Below, piece by piece: positions 1-7,925 of a stretch of DNA of 64,000 nucleotides (position 1 is its first letter; the number at the start of each line of letters is the position of its first letter). The stretch lies in the IMG/VR virus record IMGVR_UViG_3300043620_000032, positions 3,069-67,068 of that record. One strand, written 5' to 3'. The notes beneath the pieces are model-generated. The model did not search any database, was not told the DNA's origin, and worked only from the letters and a program-made list of their open reading frames with translations. A program made the translations under genes and the position numbers. The stretch is from a virus. Its lineage: Duplodnaviria; Caudoviricetes.

Positions 1-1
1 T

Positions 2-70
2 CCCGGCGTCCTTGCCGCCTTCGGTATGGGTGGCTGGGGCTTCTGGCGTCGGCGCAAGCAGGTTAGCTAG
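2..70 (+). CDS. C-terminal fragment of a PEP-CTERM-like sorting-signal protein (gene starts before the window)
   Basis: Frame 2 reads PGVLAAFGMGGWGFWRRRKQVS*: hydrophobic/Gly segment, then W-RRRK basic tail. Confidence 0.6.
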   Translation, partial: PGVLAAFGMGGWGFWRRRKQVS

Positions 71-180
71 AAACCCGATGTTCTAGCTGACAGGCCCCGC
101 CGATTTCCTAGCACACACCTCTGGGTCGGCGGGGCCACAAAATTGGTTGACAGTGTCCCCGCACGATACCGTCAGCCATA

Positions 181-231
181 GACCCGCCAAGGTTTTCTTT
201 GTCTGACGCACCTTGGCGGGTCGCTTTTTTT
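181..231 (+). terminator. Probable intrinsic terminator
   Basis: GACCCGCCAAGG (181-192) and CCTTGGCGGGTC (211-222) inverted repeat followed by a T run. Confidence 0.55.
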
Positions 232-240
232 GGGGGATCA

Positions 241-510
241 ATGACCTGCACCCACGACATCATCGAAAAAGACAATGCCTGTGCCGACGGCATGTGTCCG
301 CTCTGCTTGGCTGCCGAGATCAAGCAGCTAAAGGGGCACAAAGAGGAAGCCGACCGCCATATCACGACCATTGCTGAACTGCGCGCCGATCGGGAAAGAC
401 TCATAGCCCTCTTGGCAGAAGCCCGCGGGCCAGAGGGACACACGCATGAGCGGGTAGCAGAGTGGCTGCGGGGAAAAGGCTACACCGTTGTCCCTGTTGT
501 AGACGTCTGA
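241..510 (+). CDS. Hypothetical protein (Cys cluster, coiled segment)
   Basis: ATG at 241 after GGGGGA; MTCTHDIIEKDNACADGMCPLC. Confidence 0.6.
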   Translation: MTCTHDIIEKDNACADGMCPLCLAAEIKQLKGHKEEADRHITTIAELRADRERLIALLAEARGPEGHTHERVAEWLRGKGYTVVPVVDV

Positions 511-566
511 ATCGTGTAACAGTGCGTGCGTCTAAATTCTCAAATTCATGGATGGAGGACTACCAA

Positions 567-1256
567 ATGAGCGGACCTTTCCTTGCTATGATCATCCCGG
601 TTTCACCGGGTACTCCCGAACATCCGATCGCGCCACCACCGCTTTATCCTGATCAAGGACTTCCTCCAGGTTTCTGGGGTGGTGCTCCGCTGCCCGGTCG
701 GCCTCCCGGCTTCTGGGGTGGTGGTCGTCCGCCGGTTGATCCCGGCTACGGTGTGCCCGTGCCTCCCGGCTATCCCGACCAAGGGCTTCCTGGTCGCCCG
801 CCGGGTTTCTGGGGTGGCGCTCCACTGCCTGGTCGGCCTGGTGGTCCGGTTGATCCGGGTTATGGCTATCCTGGTCGTCCGGTTGATCCGGGTTATGGAT
901 GGCCCGGTCGTCCGGTTGATCCGGGTTATGGCTATCCAGAAGGCGGCGGCGGTCATCCGTCGCATCCGATCGTGCTACCGCCGATCCCGCCGGAAATTTG
1001 GCCGCGACCACCGGGCTCTCCCTCGCATCCGATCGTGATCCCACCGGGATCGCCGGGGTATCCTTCGCACCCGATCTACCTCCCGCCTGGCATTTGGGGT
1101 GGTGCCCCATTGCCTGGACCAAGCCATCCGATCGAGCTGCCGCCGCCGCCCGAAGGTGGGATCAAGCCGCCGCCGGCTGATGGTGGTTGGGGTTTTCATC
1201 CCGAGTACGGGTGGGGCTATTTCCCACCACAAGGGAGTGCCACTCCGAAGCGGTAA
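567..1256 (+). CDS. Pro/Gly/aromatic-rich repeat protein (229 aa)
   Basis: GGAGG RBS then ATG 567; repeats PVDPGYG(Y/W)PGR, GFWGG, YPDQGLP, PSHPIxLPP; followed by terminator. Confidence 0.8.
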   Translation: MSGPFLAMIIPVSPGTPEHPIAPPPLYPDQGLPPGFWGGAPLPGRPPGFWGGGRPPVDPGYGVPVPPGYPDQGLPGRPPGFWGGAPLPGRPGGPVDPGYGYPGRPVDPGYGWPGRPVDPGYGYPEGGGGHPSHPIVLPPIPPEIWPRPPGSPSHPIVIPPGSPGYPSHPIYLPPGIWGGAPLPGPSHPIELPPPPEGGIKPPPADGGWGFHPEYGWGYFPPQGSATPKR

Positions 1257-1276
1257 CTAAGTTGAAGGAAATCTTT

Positions 1277-1303
1277 GGGGGGCTTAGCAGCCCCCCTTTT
1301 TTT
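1277..1303 (+). terminator. Intrinsic terminator
   Basis: GGGGGGCT-TAGC-AGCCCCCC-TTTTTTT. Confidence 0.9.
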
Positions 1304-1314
1304 GAAAATTTACA
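1303..1314. promoter_or_regulatory. TGTAAATTTACA-type palindrome (1 mismatch)
   Basis: TGAAAATTTACA, intergenic; related copies at 1999 and 6762. Confidence 0.4.
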
Positions 1315-1334
1315 ACGTGAACACCCTCACTCGG

Positions 1335-1553
1335 ATGCTGGATTGGATCGCCAACCACATTTTCCCGCCATCGCACCCGATGGGGAGGGTCGGAAACTAT
1401 GAGATCGACAGCATCGATGTGACCCTGGCGATTTACACTCTTGGCGGTGGGATCGCCCTGGCGCTGGTGTACGACAATTGGCTGTGGCTGCCGGCCACAC
1501 TACTGAGCATGATCATGGCCACAATGATGTATCGGATGTTGTGGGGGGATTGA
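1335..1553 (+). CDS. Small membrane protein
   Basis: Two hydrophobic segments; alternative GTG start at 1317. Confidence 0.55.
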   Translation: MLDWIANHIFPPSHPMGRVGNYEIDSIDVTLAIYTLGGGIALALVYDNWLWLPATLLSMIMATMMYRMLWGD

Positions 1554-1706
1554 ATGACCACTTTGCCAGATCACGAATTGCAGGCCGATAATGAGCGATT
1601 ACGAGCAGCGAATAATTTTTTGTTCGAAGTGATCGATACATTGCTCAATGTAATCAAGCTGCAGCTAGGGGACACTCCAAATGCCTCGGCGACCAAAAAG
1701 GACTGA
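1554..1706 (+). CDS. Hypothetical protein (50 aa)
   Basis: MTTLPDHELQADNERLRAAN...; abuts both neighbours. Confidence 0.5.
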   Translation: MTTLPDHELQADNERLRAANNFLFEVIDTLLNVIKLQLGDTPNASATKKD

Positions 1707-1899
1707 CGGGCTGTTCACCAAGGGCCAGCACCCGACCCCGCAGATGCGCGCCAAGATCAGCGCCGGCGTGGTTCGCTATTACCGCGAACACCCGCCGCCA
1801 CTGTCGTCCAAGAATGCTGCGCTGGAGGAGCAAGCCAAGCGCAATCTTGAATGGGTTCACAACGAGTTAGCGGCATTGCGAGCACGAGGCATCAGGTAG
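1681..1899 (+). CDS. Basic hypothetical protein with NUMOD3-like segment
   Basis: KGQHPTPQMRAKISAG resembles the NUMOD3 DNA-binding motif. Confidence 0.5.
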   Translation: MPRRPKRTDGLFTKGQHPTPQMRAKISAGVVRYYREHPPPLSSKNAALEEQAKRNLEWVHNELAALRARGIR

Positions 1900-1998
1900 A
1901 TGTATCCATTGGAGCGCATGGTGGTGTTGACTCTGTTCCTGGCGACCACGCTGGCGTTGGGTGTGATCTTATTTAGTTGTCAAGTGCCGCTGCGTTGA
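1900..1998 (+). CDS. Small hydrophobic peptide (32 aa)
   Basis: MYPLERMVVLTLFLATTLALGVILFSCQVPLR; start directly follows upstream stop. Confidence 0.45.
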   Translation: MYPLERMVVLTLFLATTLALGVILFSCQVPLR

Positions 1999-2010
1999 GG
2001 TAAATTTACA
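1999..2010. promoter_or_regulatory. TGTAAATTTACA-type palindrome (1 mismatch)
   Basis: GGTAAATTTACA, 2 nt before ATG 2013. Confidence 0.4.
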
Positions 2011-2012
2011 AT

Positions 2013-2219
2013 ATGGCTGACGAACCAACATTCCACCTCGACTTGTCGGAGCAAGACTCTGAGTTGCCTGAGGTTCATCCCGACAAATGCCCGGACTGCA
2101 AGGTGCCTGCCGAAATGGGCTATGGCATGATGGGAGGCGGGATCGGCGCATATTCCTACTGTCCGCAGTGCGGCAAACTCCTAGCAAAGACACAGGACCC
2201 TGAGAATGAGGAGCTGTAG
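2013..2219 (+). CDS. Zinc-ribbon protein
   Basis: CPDC...CPQC. Confidence 0.65.
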   Translation: MADEPTFHLDLSEQDSELPEVHPDKCPDCKVPAEMGYGMMGGGIGAYSYCPQCGKLLAKTQDPENEEL

Positions 2220-2564
2220 ATGAAGCCGTCTCAAGCCGAATTCCTGCTGCGTTTGGCCGAGAACAACCAGGACAAAGGTGAGGACGTCGATGCCGAGATC
2301 ACTCGGCTGGGCCGCGAGCATGCCAATGCCTTGTTGGAAGAGTGGCAATTGTTGAGTAAAGCGATGGAAATCAATCGGATCGGGCGCGAGCGGTTCGCCA
2401 ATTTCATGCCGGCGCGGCAAGCAGGTCTGGCAGGACAGCAAAGCATCCACCGGACGCTGGCTGACCAGCGCGCGGCTCTGTTATCAGGAGGGAAAGATGA
2501 AACGACGCAAGCGCAAAAAGAGCAACGGTCAGCGGCGACGGCGGCGGCAGGCCAGCGATCGTAA
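2220..2564 (+). CDS. Hypothetical protein
   Basis: ORF coupled to upstream stop; helical composition. Confidence 0.55.
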   Translation: MKPSQAEFLLRLAENNQDKGEDVDAEITRLGREHANALLEEWQLLSKAMEINRIGRERFANFMPARQAGLAGQQSIHRTLADQRAALLSGGKDETTQAQKEQRSAATAAAGQRS

Positions 2565-2763
2565 GACCACGCGGGCTGCTCGCCTGCGGGTGATGACTAG
2601 GGCCCGCAAGAAGGGCTCGATCACCAACAAGGAAGCCAAGCTGGCCGGTGGTTGGGCGCAAAGCTGGTACCACCTCAATCTGCTCTCGCGCGCTGGTCTG
2701 CTCAAGCGTACCGACTTCAACACCTGGAAACCGATCAGGCGGGTCTCGCTCAGGCGGATCTAG
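2497..2763 (+). CDS. Basic winged-helix DNA-binding protein
   Basis: GGAGGG RBS; Arg/Lys-rich N-terminus; ITNKEAKL...YHLNLLSRAGLLKR...TWKP HTH-wing pattern. Confidence 0.55.
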   Translation: MKRRKRKKSNGQRRRRRQASDRKTTRAARLRVMTRARKKGSITNKEAKLAGGWAQSWYHLNLLSRAGLLKRTDFNTWKPIRRVSLRRI

Positions 2764-3630
2764 ATGACCAAGCTCAACTACGGCAAGCGTTTCCGCTCCG
2801 GATCGGTGGGCAGCGGCTATCGTTACGATGCTAGACTGCATCGCGGCCTGGTGCCCAAGCGATTTCTTAACGTGGATCTCATCACCCGCAGCTGGGCTGG
2901 GATCAAAGGATCGGCGGCCAATGCCGCCAAAAATTCCCACTGCTACCTGGGGAAACCGGTGCCGGATGACCCGCGTCTCGAAGCTGAACAGCGTCTGATC
3001 GAGCGCATCGATCAATGCATCGACGTGATGATTTTTGGCCTGGAGGAGCTGATGATGGCACCGCCATCGCCCCAGCTCTCCCGCGTGCCGCAGATTTCCC
3101 AGCAGCTGGTGATCGATTGGGTCGACCACATGTGCCGTATGATCGGCCGCAACGACCACAATTGGGGGATTTACCGCCGGCCAGGACTTGTCCAGATCCG
3201 GCGTTGCATGGAATGCGGCACCGAACTCACTGCCACCGAGAAGGACCGCTGCAACGGCTGTGCCGACACCTACGACACCTACAAGCATGCGGTGTTGGAG
3301 GAAGCTCGCATCGAACGCCTAGCCAGACGCGAAAAAGAGCGTACCATCAAGACCATGCAAATTATTCTTGGGAGAATACAAAGACGTTTGGAGCGCCGTC
3401 ATGCAAAGCACAGCCGATATCCGGATGAAGATGCTGGAACTATGGACGCTGGTGAACGCGGGGAAAATCTCGGCCTCGGAGGTGAGGCTGCACATCGGGA
3501 TAGCGCGGGTGATCCTGGACACCCTGAAGGTGGAGATGACGGCAGCCCACCTGAATCAGACCCAGATCCCGGCAGTGCAAATCCGCCCCCGCCTGCTGGC
3601 GAAGGCGACGGGAAATCCCAAGGGAGCTAA
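2764..3630 (+). CDS. Hypothetical protein with CxxC...CxxC finger and disordered acidic tail
   Basis: CMEC...CNGC; tail overlaps the 3401-3634 ORF. Confidence 0.6.
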   Translation: MTKLNYGKRFRSGSVGSGYRYDARLHRGLVPKRFLNVDLITRSWAGIKGSAANAAKNSHCYLGKPVPDDPRLEAEQRLIERIDQCIDVMIFGLEELMMAPPSPQLSRVPQISQQLVIDWVDHMCRMIGRNDHNWGIYRRPGLVQIRRCMECGTELTATEKDRCNGCADTYDTYKHAVLEEARIERLARREKERTIKTMQIILGRIQRRLERRHAKHSRYPDEDAGTMDAGERGENLGLGGEAAHRDSAGDPGHPEGGDDGSPPESDPDPGSANPPPPAGEGDGKSQGS

Positions 3631-3634
3631 TTAA
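3401..3634 (+). CDS. Hypothetical protein (77 aa), overlapping the upstream gene
   Basis: GGAG RBS, ATG 3401; amphipathic globular-looking sequence; stop abuts next ATG. Confidence 0.55.
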   Translation: MQSTADIRMKMLELWTLVNAGKISASEVRLHIGIARVILDTLKVEMTAAHLNQTQIPAVQIRPRLLAKATGNPKGAN

Positions 3635-3635
3635 T

Positions 3636-4118
3636 ATGAAATGGATCAAGACTTGCCGTGGGCAATTTATCAATCTGGACCACGTCGCCCAGTTTTCGTT
3701 TCTACGCAGCAGCGGTGATGTGGAGGAATATCAAATTACCATGCGCATCGAGTATCCTGACGAACGGTCAGAAACGCATATGGTTTATAAGTCTGATTAC
3801 GGTGATTTAGACGAGATGATCGTCAACCAGCACAGCCAATTTTGTCCTTCGCCTCCTGGGTACTTTGTGCTGTCGTATTTTAAAGAAGATGGTGACGAAA
3901 ATATTATGCGGGACGCAGTGCTGGGTTGGGTGCTAGACACCGAACTTGATGGCTTTCACACCGTCGTCACGACGTGGGATAATCACAGAACTTTTGGCCC
4001 AACTACTGCGGTTCTTTGTGCCGACGGCTCTGTGGTCGTACCGGGTAGCAGTCGCTTTGACGATCAAAACTCCTGGCTGGAAGCAATGCGCAACCGACCA
4101 GTAGACAAAGCAGCATAA
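3636..4118 (+). CDS. Hypothetical protein
   Basis: 160-aa ORF, normal composition. Confidence 0.7.
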   Translation: MKWIKTCRGQFINLDHVAQFSFLRSSGDVEEYQITMRIEYPDERSETHMVYKSDYGDLDEMIVNQHSQFCPSPPGYFVLSYFKEDGDENIMRDAVLGWVLDTELDGFHTVVTTWDNHRTFGPTTAVLCADGSVVVPGSSRFDDQNSWLEAMRNRPVDKAA

Positions 4119-4141
4119 CGCGGGGGGCGGCCACGACTCAA

Positions 4142-5980
4142 CTGAAGCATTTCCTGGTCATCGACTTCGAAACCTACTGGTCGCGCGAATATTCGCTGCA
4201 GCGCATGAGCCCGCCTGAATATATTCTCGACCCGCAATTCCAGGTTATCATGATGGCGGCCTACGATACCCGCTGGCCGGCACCGAAAATATTCATGCCG
4301 GCAGAAATTCCCGCCTTCCTCGCGCAATATCCCGCCAGCGAGACCATCTGCGTCAGCCACAATGCCCTGTTCGATATGGCGATCCTGGCTTGGCGCTACA
4401 CCTGGGTCGCCGGCCTGATGCAGGACACCCTCGGGATGGCGCGGGCGTTGCGGAATTACAAGCGCAACAGCCTAGGGGCGGTGATCAAGGAGCTGTTTGG
4501 CCGTGACTCCAAGGGCGACACCGTCCACAAGGTGATGGGGATGCGCGCCCAGGACATCAAGAATGCGGGGCTGTGGCCGGAAATGTGCAGCTACGCCATG
4601 AACGACGCCAGGGAGTGCTTTTTCATTTACCAGAAGCTCTACCCCGAATTCCCGGCTGAAGAGCGAATCATCATGGATCTGGTGCTGCGCGCAGCGGTGG
4701 TGCCGCGGCTGCACGCCGACGTCGACATGCTGGGGCACCACCTGACGGAGCTGCGCAAGCGCAAGGACGCTCTACTACGGGAGTCGGGCTACGGTAAAGC
4801 GGCCCTCATGAGCCAGCAGGGCTTCCAGGATGCGTTGGAATCGCTGGGGGTGGAGGTGGAGGTCAAGACCTCGCCTACAGGCCGCCAGATCCCTGCGTTT
4901 GCCAAAACCGACAAGTTTATGGCGGGGCTGCTCGAGTACAACGGCAGCTACGACGACGACGTCAACTACCAGGTCCAGACCCTAGCGGCCGCCCGCCTGA
5001 GCCAGAAGTCCACGATCGAGGAGACGCGCGCGCAGCGGTTCCTGGATATTGCCCAGCTGCCGTGGGGCAACGGGGCCCTGCTGCCGGTGCCTCTGAGATA
5101 CGGCGGCGCGCACACCCACCGGCTGTCCGGTGAGTGGAAAATGAACATGCAGAACCTGCCGCGCGACAAGGAGAAATCCAAATTGCGGGCGGCATTGACC
5201 GCCAGGCGGGGGGAGAAGCTCATCGCCGGCGATCTGGCGCAGATCGAAGCCCGGATCGTGGCCAAGCTCGCCGGCCAGGAGGCGCTGGTGCAGGCCTTCG
5301 GCCGCGGTGACGACGTCTATGCTAAGTTTGCCGAAGTGATATTTGGCCGTACCATCACCAATAAGACCAACCCGGTAGAGCGATTTATCGGCAAGACCGC
5401 AATCCTGGGCCTGGGCTACGGTTGCGGCCACAAACGGTTTCACAACATGGTGGTGACCCAGGCGCGGCAAAACGGCATCGTGTTGGAGTTTTCTGAACAA
5501 TTTGCAGAGCAGGTGGTGCAGACCTACCGGAATTTGTTCAACCGCATTCGCGGTGCCTGGTACGAACTCGACCATTTATTGGCTGGGACCATTAATAATC
5601 CGATCAAACAAGTCGTTCGCTGGCCGGATTCGGTCAAAGGCCCGCTCGAATTCAAAACCGGGACAATTATTCTGCCCAACAGAATGACCTTGCGCTACAC
5701 CCTCAATGATTCGGATTTGTACGGGGCAAAAATATTCGAGAATATTGTTCAAGCATTGGCCCGGATCGTGGTCATGCAGGCAGCGGTGCGGCTGGCACGG
5801 CGGGGATATCGCATGATTCTCCAATCACATGACGAGCTGCTGTTCTCGGTCCCGGAAAATAACGTAGCGGCCGCCAAAATAATTATTTCCGAGGAAATGA
5901 CGCGCGAGCCCAAATGGCTGCCGGGGCTGCCGCTGGCGGTGGGAATTGGTGTGGGTGATAATTACGGGAGCTGCAAATGA
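4142..5980 (+). CDS. polA: DNA polymerase, family A, with 3'-5' exonuclease; probable CTG start
   Basis: ExoI DFETY (upstream of ATG 4205), ExoII HNALFD, ExoIII YAMND; motif A DLAQIEAR, B RFIGKTAILGLGYG, C QSHDEL. Confidence 0.92.
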   Translation: MKHFLVIDFETYWSREYSLQRMSPPEYILDPQFQVIMMAAYDTRWPAPKIFMPAEIPAFLAQYPASETICVSHNALFDMAILAWRYTWVAGLMQDTLGMARALRNYKRNSLGAVIKELFGRDSKGDTVHKVMGMRAQDIKNAGLWPEMCSYAMNDARECFFIYQKLYPEFPAEERIIMDLVLRAAVVPRLHADVDMLGHHLTELRKRKDALLRESGYGKAALMSQQGFQDALESLGVEVEVKTSPTGRQIPAFAKTDKFMAGLLEYNGSYDDDVNYQVQTLAAARLSQKSTIEETRAQRFLDIAQLPWGNGALLPVPLRYGGAHTHRLSGEWKMNMQNLPRDKEKSKLRAALTARRGEKLIAGDLAQIEARIVAKLAGQEALVQAFGRGDDVYAKFAEVIFGRTITNKTNPVERFIGKTAILGLGYGCGHKRFHNMVVTQARQNGIVLEFSEQFAEQVVQTYRNLFNRIRGAWYELDHLLAGTINNPIKQVVRWPDSVKGPLEFKTGTIILPNRMTLRYTLNDSDLYGAKIFENIVQALARIVVMQAAVRLARRGYRMILQSHDELLFSVPENNVAAAKIIISEEMTREPKWLPGLPLAVGIGVGDNYGSCK

Positions 5981-6183
5981 AACCTCATTTCGTCAAGGTC
6001 AAGCTGCAGGACGGAATCGCCTTGCTCTGGGATGATGAAGGCGAGGAATTTCTTGTGGAAATGCGTCGGGAGCGAGCCTGGCCGATCATGTCCAGAAGAG
6101 CCCGCCGGTTCGAGCTGCGCGAGCAAATGGAGCGTGAACCGCCCAAATCGAAATTCGAGCCTTTTACCCTAGTGAAAAAATGA
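5977..6183 (+). CDS. Hypothetical protein
   Basis: ATGA overlap with pol stop. Confidence 0.6.
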   Translation: MKPHFVKVKLQDGIALLWDDEGEEFLVEMRRERAWPIMSRRARRFELREQMEREPPKSKFEPFTLVKK

Positions 6184-6353
6184 AAATAATTCAGATCGCT
6201 GCCGCTGAGACATCGGATCCTCAGGATGGCGATATATGGGGCACGATTTATGCGCTCGCCGACGATGGATCGGTGTGGATGATGGTCAACCCCTGGGCGT
6301 ATCATACTGCACATTGGAAGAAATTGCCGGATATAGGAGAGGAATCGGAATGA
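6180..6353 (+). CDS. Hypothetical protein (57 aa)
   Basis: MKIIQIAAAE...IYALADDGSVW; ATGA overlaps at both ends. Confidence 0.65.
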   Translation: MKIIQIAAAETSDPQDGDIWGTIYALADDGSVWMMVNPWAYHTAHWKKLPDIGEESE

Positions 6354-6766
6354 AAATATACCTCGCCGGCTCGATGCAGGCGCACGGGAATTATAATTTC
6401 CCGCTGTTCGACCACGTCGCCGAGAAATTGCGTGCTATTGGACACGAGGTGTTCAGTCCGGCCGATCATGCCCGCGAGAAATTGGGCTCGCTCGAGACCA
6501 TCCAGAAAATGGGTAAGGCCGAACTCGCATATAATATTCAATTCGAATTATTCCCTGAGCAGATCGCCTGGATTTGCCGGCATGCTGGAGGCGTGCTGAT
6601 GCTGCCGGGGTGGGAACACAGCGATGGAGCAAAGATCGAACGCCAGGTCGCGCTCTATTTCAAAAAGCCGGTTGGTGAGCTGGACAATATTGTTCTGTTC
6701 ATGGACGAGCAGGACACACGACATCTTGCGGCACTCGCGCTTGACCTCGCTAGCCGTATGGTGTAA
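6350..6766 (+). CDS. DUF4406 / nucleoside 2-deoxyribosyltransferase-like protein
   Basis: MKIYLAGSM...YNFPLF...GHEVFSPA...LMLPGWEHSDGAKIE. Confidence 0.8.
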   Translation: MKIYLAGSMQAHGNYNFPLFDHVAEKLRAIGHEVFSPADHAREKLGSLETIQKMGKAELAYNIQFELFPEQIAWICRHAGGVLMLPGWEHSDGAKIERQVALYFKKPVGELDNIVLFMDEQDTRHLAALALDLASRMV

Positions 6767-6773
6767 ATTTACA
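6762..6773. promoter_or_regulatory. Perfect 12-bp palindrome TGTAAATTTACA
   Basis: Spans the stop of 6350-6766, upstream of the nuclease gene. Confidence 0.45.
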
Positions 6774-6794
6774 AATCTGAAATCGAGCAATGAA

Positions 6795-7481
6795 ATGGAC
6801 GCAACAACGGCAGTGCCGAAACCGTTCGCCTGGAGCTATTCAAAGCTCAAGGCCTACGAGGATTGTCCGCGGCGCTATTACGAGACCCAGGTCGCCAAGA
6901 ACTACACCGACAGCACCACCGATCAGACCTGGGGCAATGCCGTGCATGCCGCGATGGCACAGGCTTTGCGTGACGGCAAACCGCTGCCGACCAAATTTCA
7001 GATCTGCCAGAAATGGGTCAACAAGGTTCGTAATGTCAAAGACGGCGAACTCCTGATCGAAGATGACTGCCAGTGGGCAATCACGCGCGAGTTCCAGCCG
7101 ACCGCCTGGTTTGCCAAAAACGTCTGGCTGCGCTGCATTGCCGATGCGGTGGTGCTCAAATATCCCGCCAGCATGGTGGTGGACTGGAAGGCCGGCAAGA
7201 GTGCCAACGTCGACCCGATCCAGCTGTTGCTGACCAGCCTGATGATGTTCATTCAATTCCCCAAGCTCGATCGGGTGGTGTCGCTGTTCGTGTGGCTGAA
7301 AGAGGACCACAAGACAACGCAGACTATCTACCGCGAGGAAGCGGTTGATCACTGGGCTGCGATCATGCCGCGGGTGGAACGGCTAGCAGAAGCCACTCGT
7401 CGGGAGAAATTTCCGCCTCAGCCAGGGCGGTTCTGTCGGAATTGGTGTCCGGTCGAGAGCTGCGAGTTTCATGGGAAATGA
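6795..7481 (+). CDS. PD-(D/E)xK exonuclease (RecB/Cas4-like, Cys cluster)
   Basis: WSYSKLKAYEDCPRRY; IADAVV; VVDWKAG; C-terminal CRNWCPVESC. Confidence 0.85.
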   Translation: MDATTAVPKPFAWSYSKLKAYEDCPRRYYETQVAKNYTDSTTDQTWGNAVHAAMAQALRDGKPLPTKFQICQKWVNKVRNVKDGELLIEDDCQWAITREFQPTAWFAKNVWLRCIADAVVLKYPASMVVDWKAGKSANVDPIQLLLTSLMMFIQFPKLDRVVSLFVWLKEDHKTTQTIYREEAVDHWAAIMPRVERLAEATRREKFPPQPGRFCRNWCPVESCEFHGK

Positions 7482-7484
7482 GCT

Positions 7485-7913
7485 ATGACCCCGGAAGAAA
7501 GAGAAAATTTACGTAAAGCGAAAAAACTAGCACGCAATCAACAGCTACTTGAAGATGATTGGCGGAATGGTGAACATGCCGTAGAATGGTGGAAGTTCCA
7601 TTGTGCCAAACTTGTAATCTACAGAGACATTTGCGATCGGGCAGACAGCTTAATTAAACGCGGTTTTTTTGAGTATTCAATCGACACCATTATTTCGGTT
7701 TTGCGTTACCATTCTGATATGGCAAAAGGGCCTACGGACGAGTTCAAATATCCGAACAATGCTCGCGCTTATTACGCGCGTCTTTGGCTGGAAGAACACC
7801 AGCAATATCCGATATTTTTCCAGCTTTGCTCACTACGCAGTCAGGGTAAAGGTGGTCCTCGTGACGAGTACGGTAGATCGAGAGACGATGTGGAAGGGTT
7901 TTTTAGCATTTAA
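7485..7913 (+). CDS. Hypothetical protein
   Basis: 142-aa ORF; NNARAYYARLW motif. Confidence 0.65.
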   Translation: MTPEERENLRKAKKLARNQQLLEDDWRNGEHAVEWWKFHCAKLVIYRDICDRADSLIKRGFFEYSIDTIISVLRYHSDMAKGPTDEFKYPNNARAYYARLWLEEHQQYPIFFQLCSLRSQGKGGPRDEYGRSRDDVEGFFSI

Positions 7914-7925
7914 CAGGAGACAAAA

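Noticed and set aside
462-566. Upstream extension of the Pro/Gly-rich ORF
   Set aside because: Overlaps the previous gene; the GGAGG RBS points to ATG 567.
6795-7481. Cas4-like nuclease as a CRISPR component
   Set aside because: Stand-alone RecB/Cas4-like exonucleases are routine in phage replication modules; no array or other cas genes.
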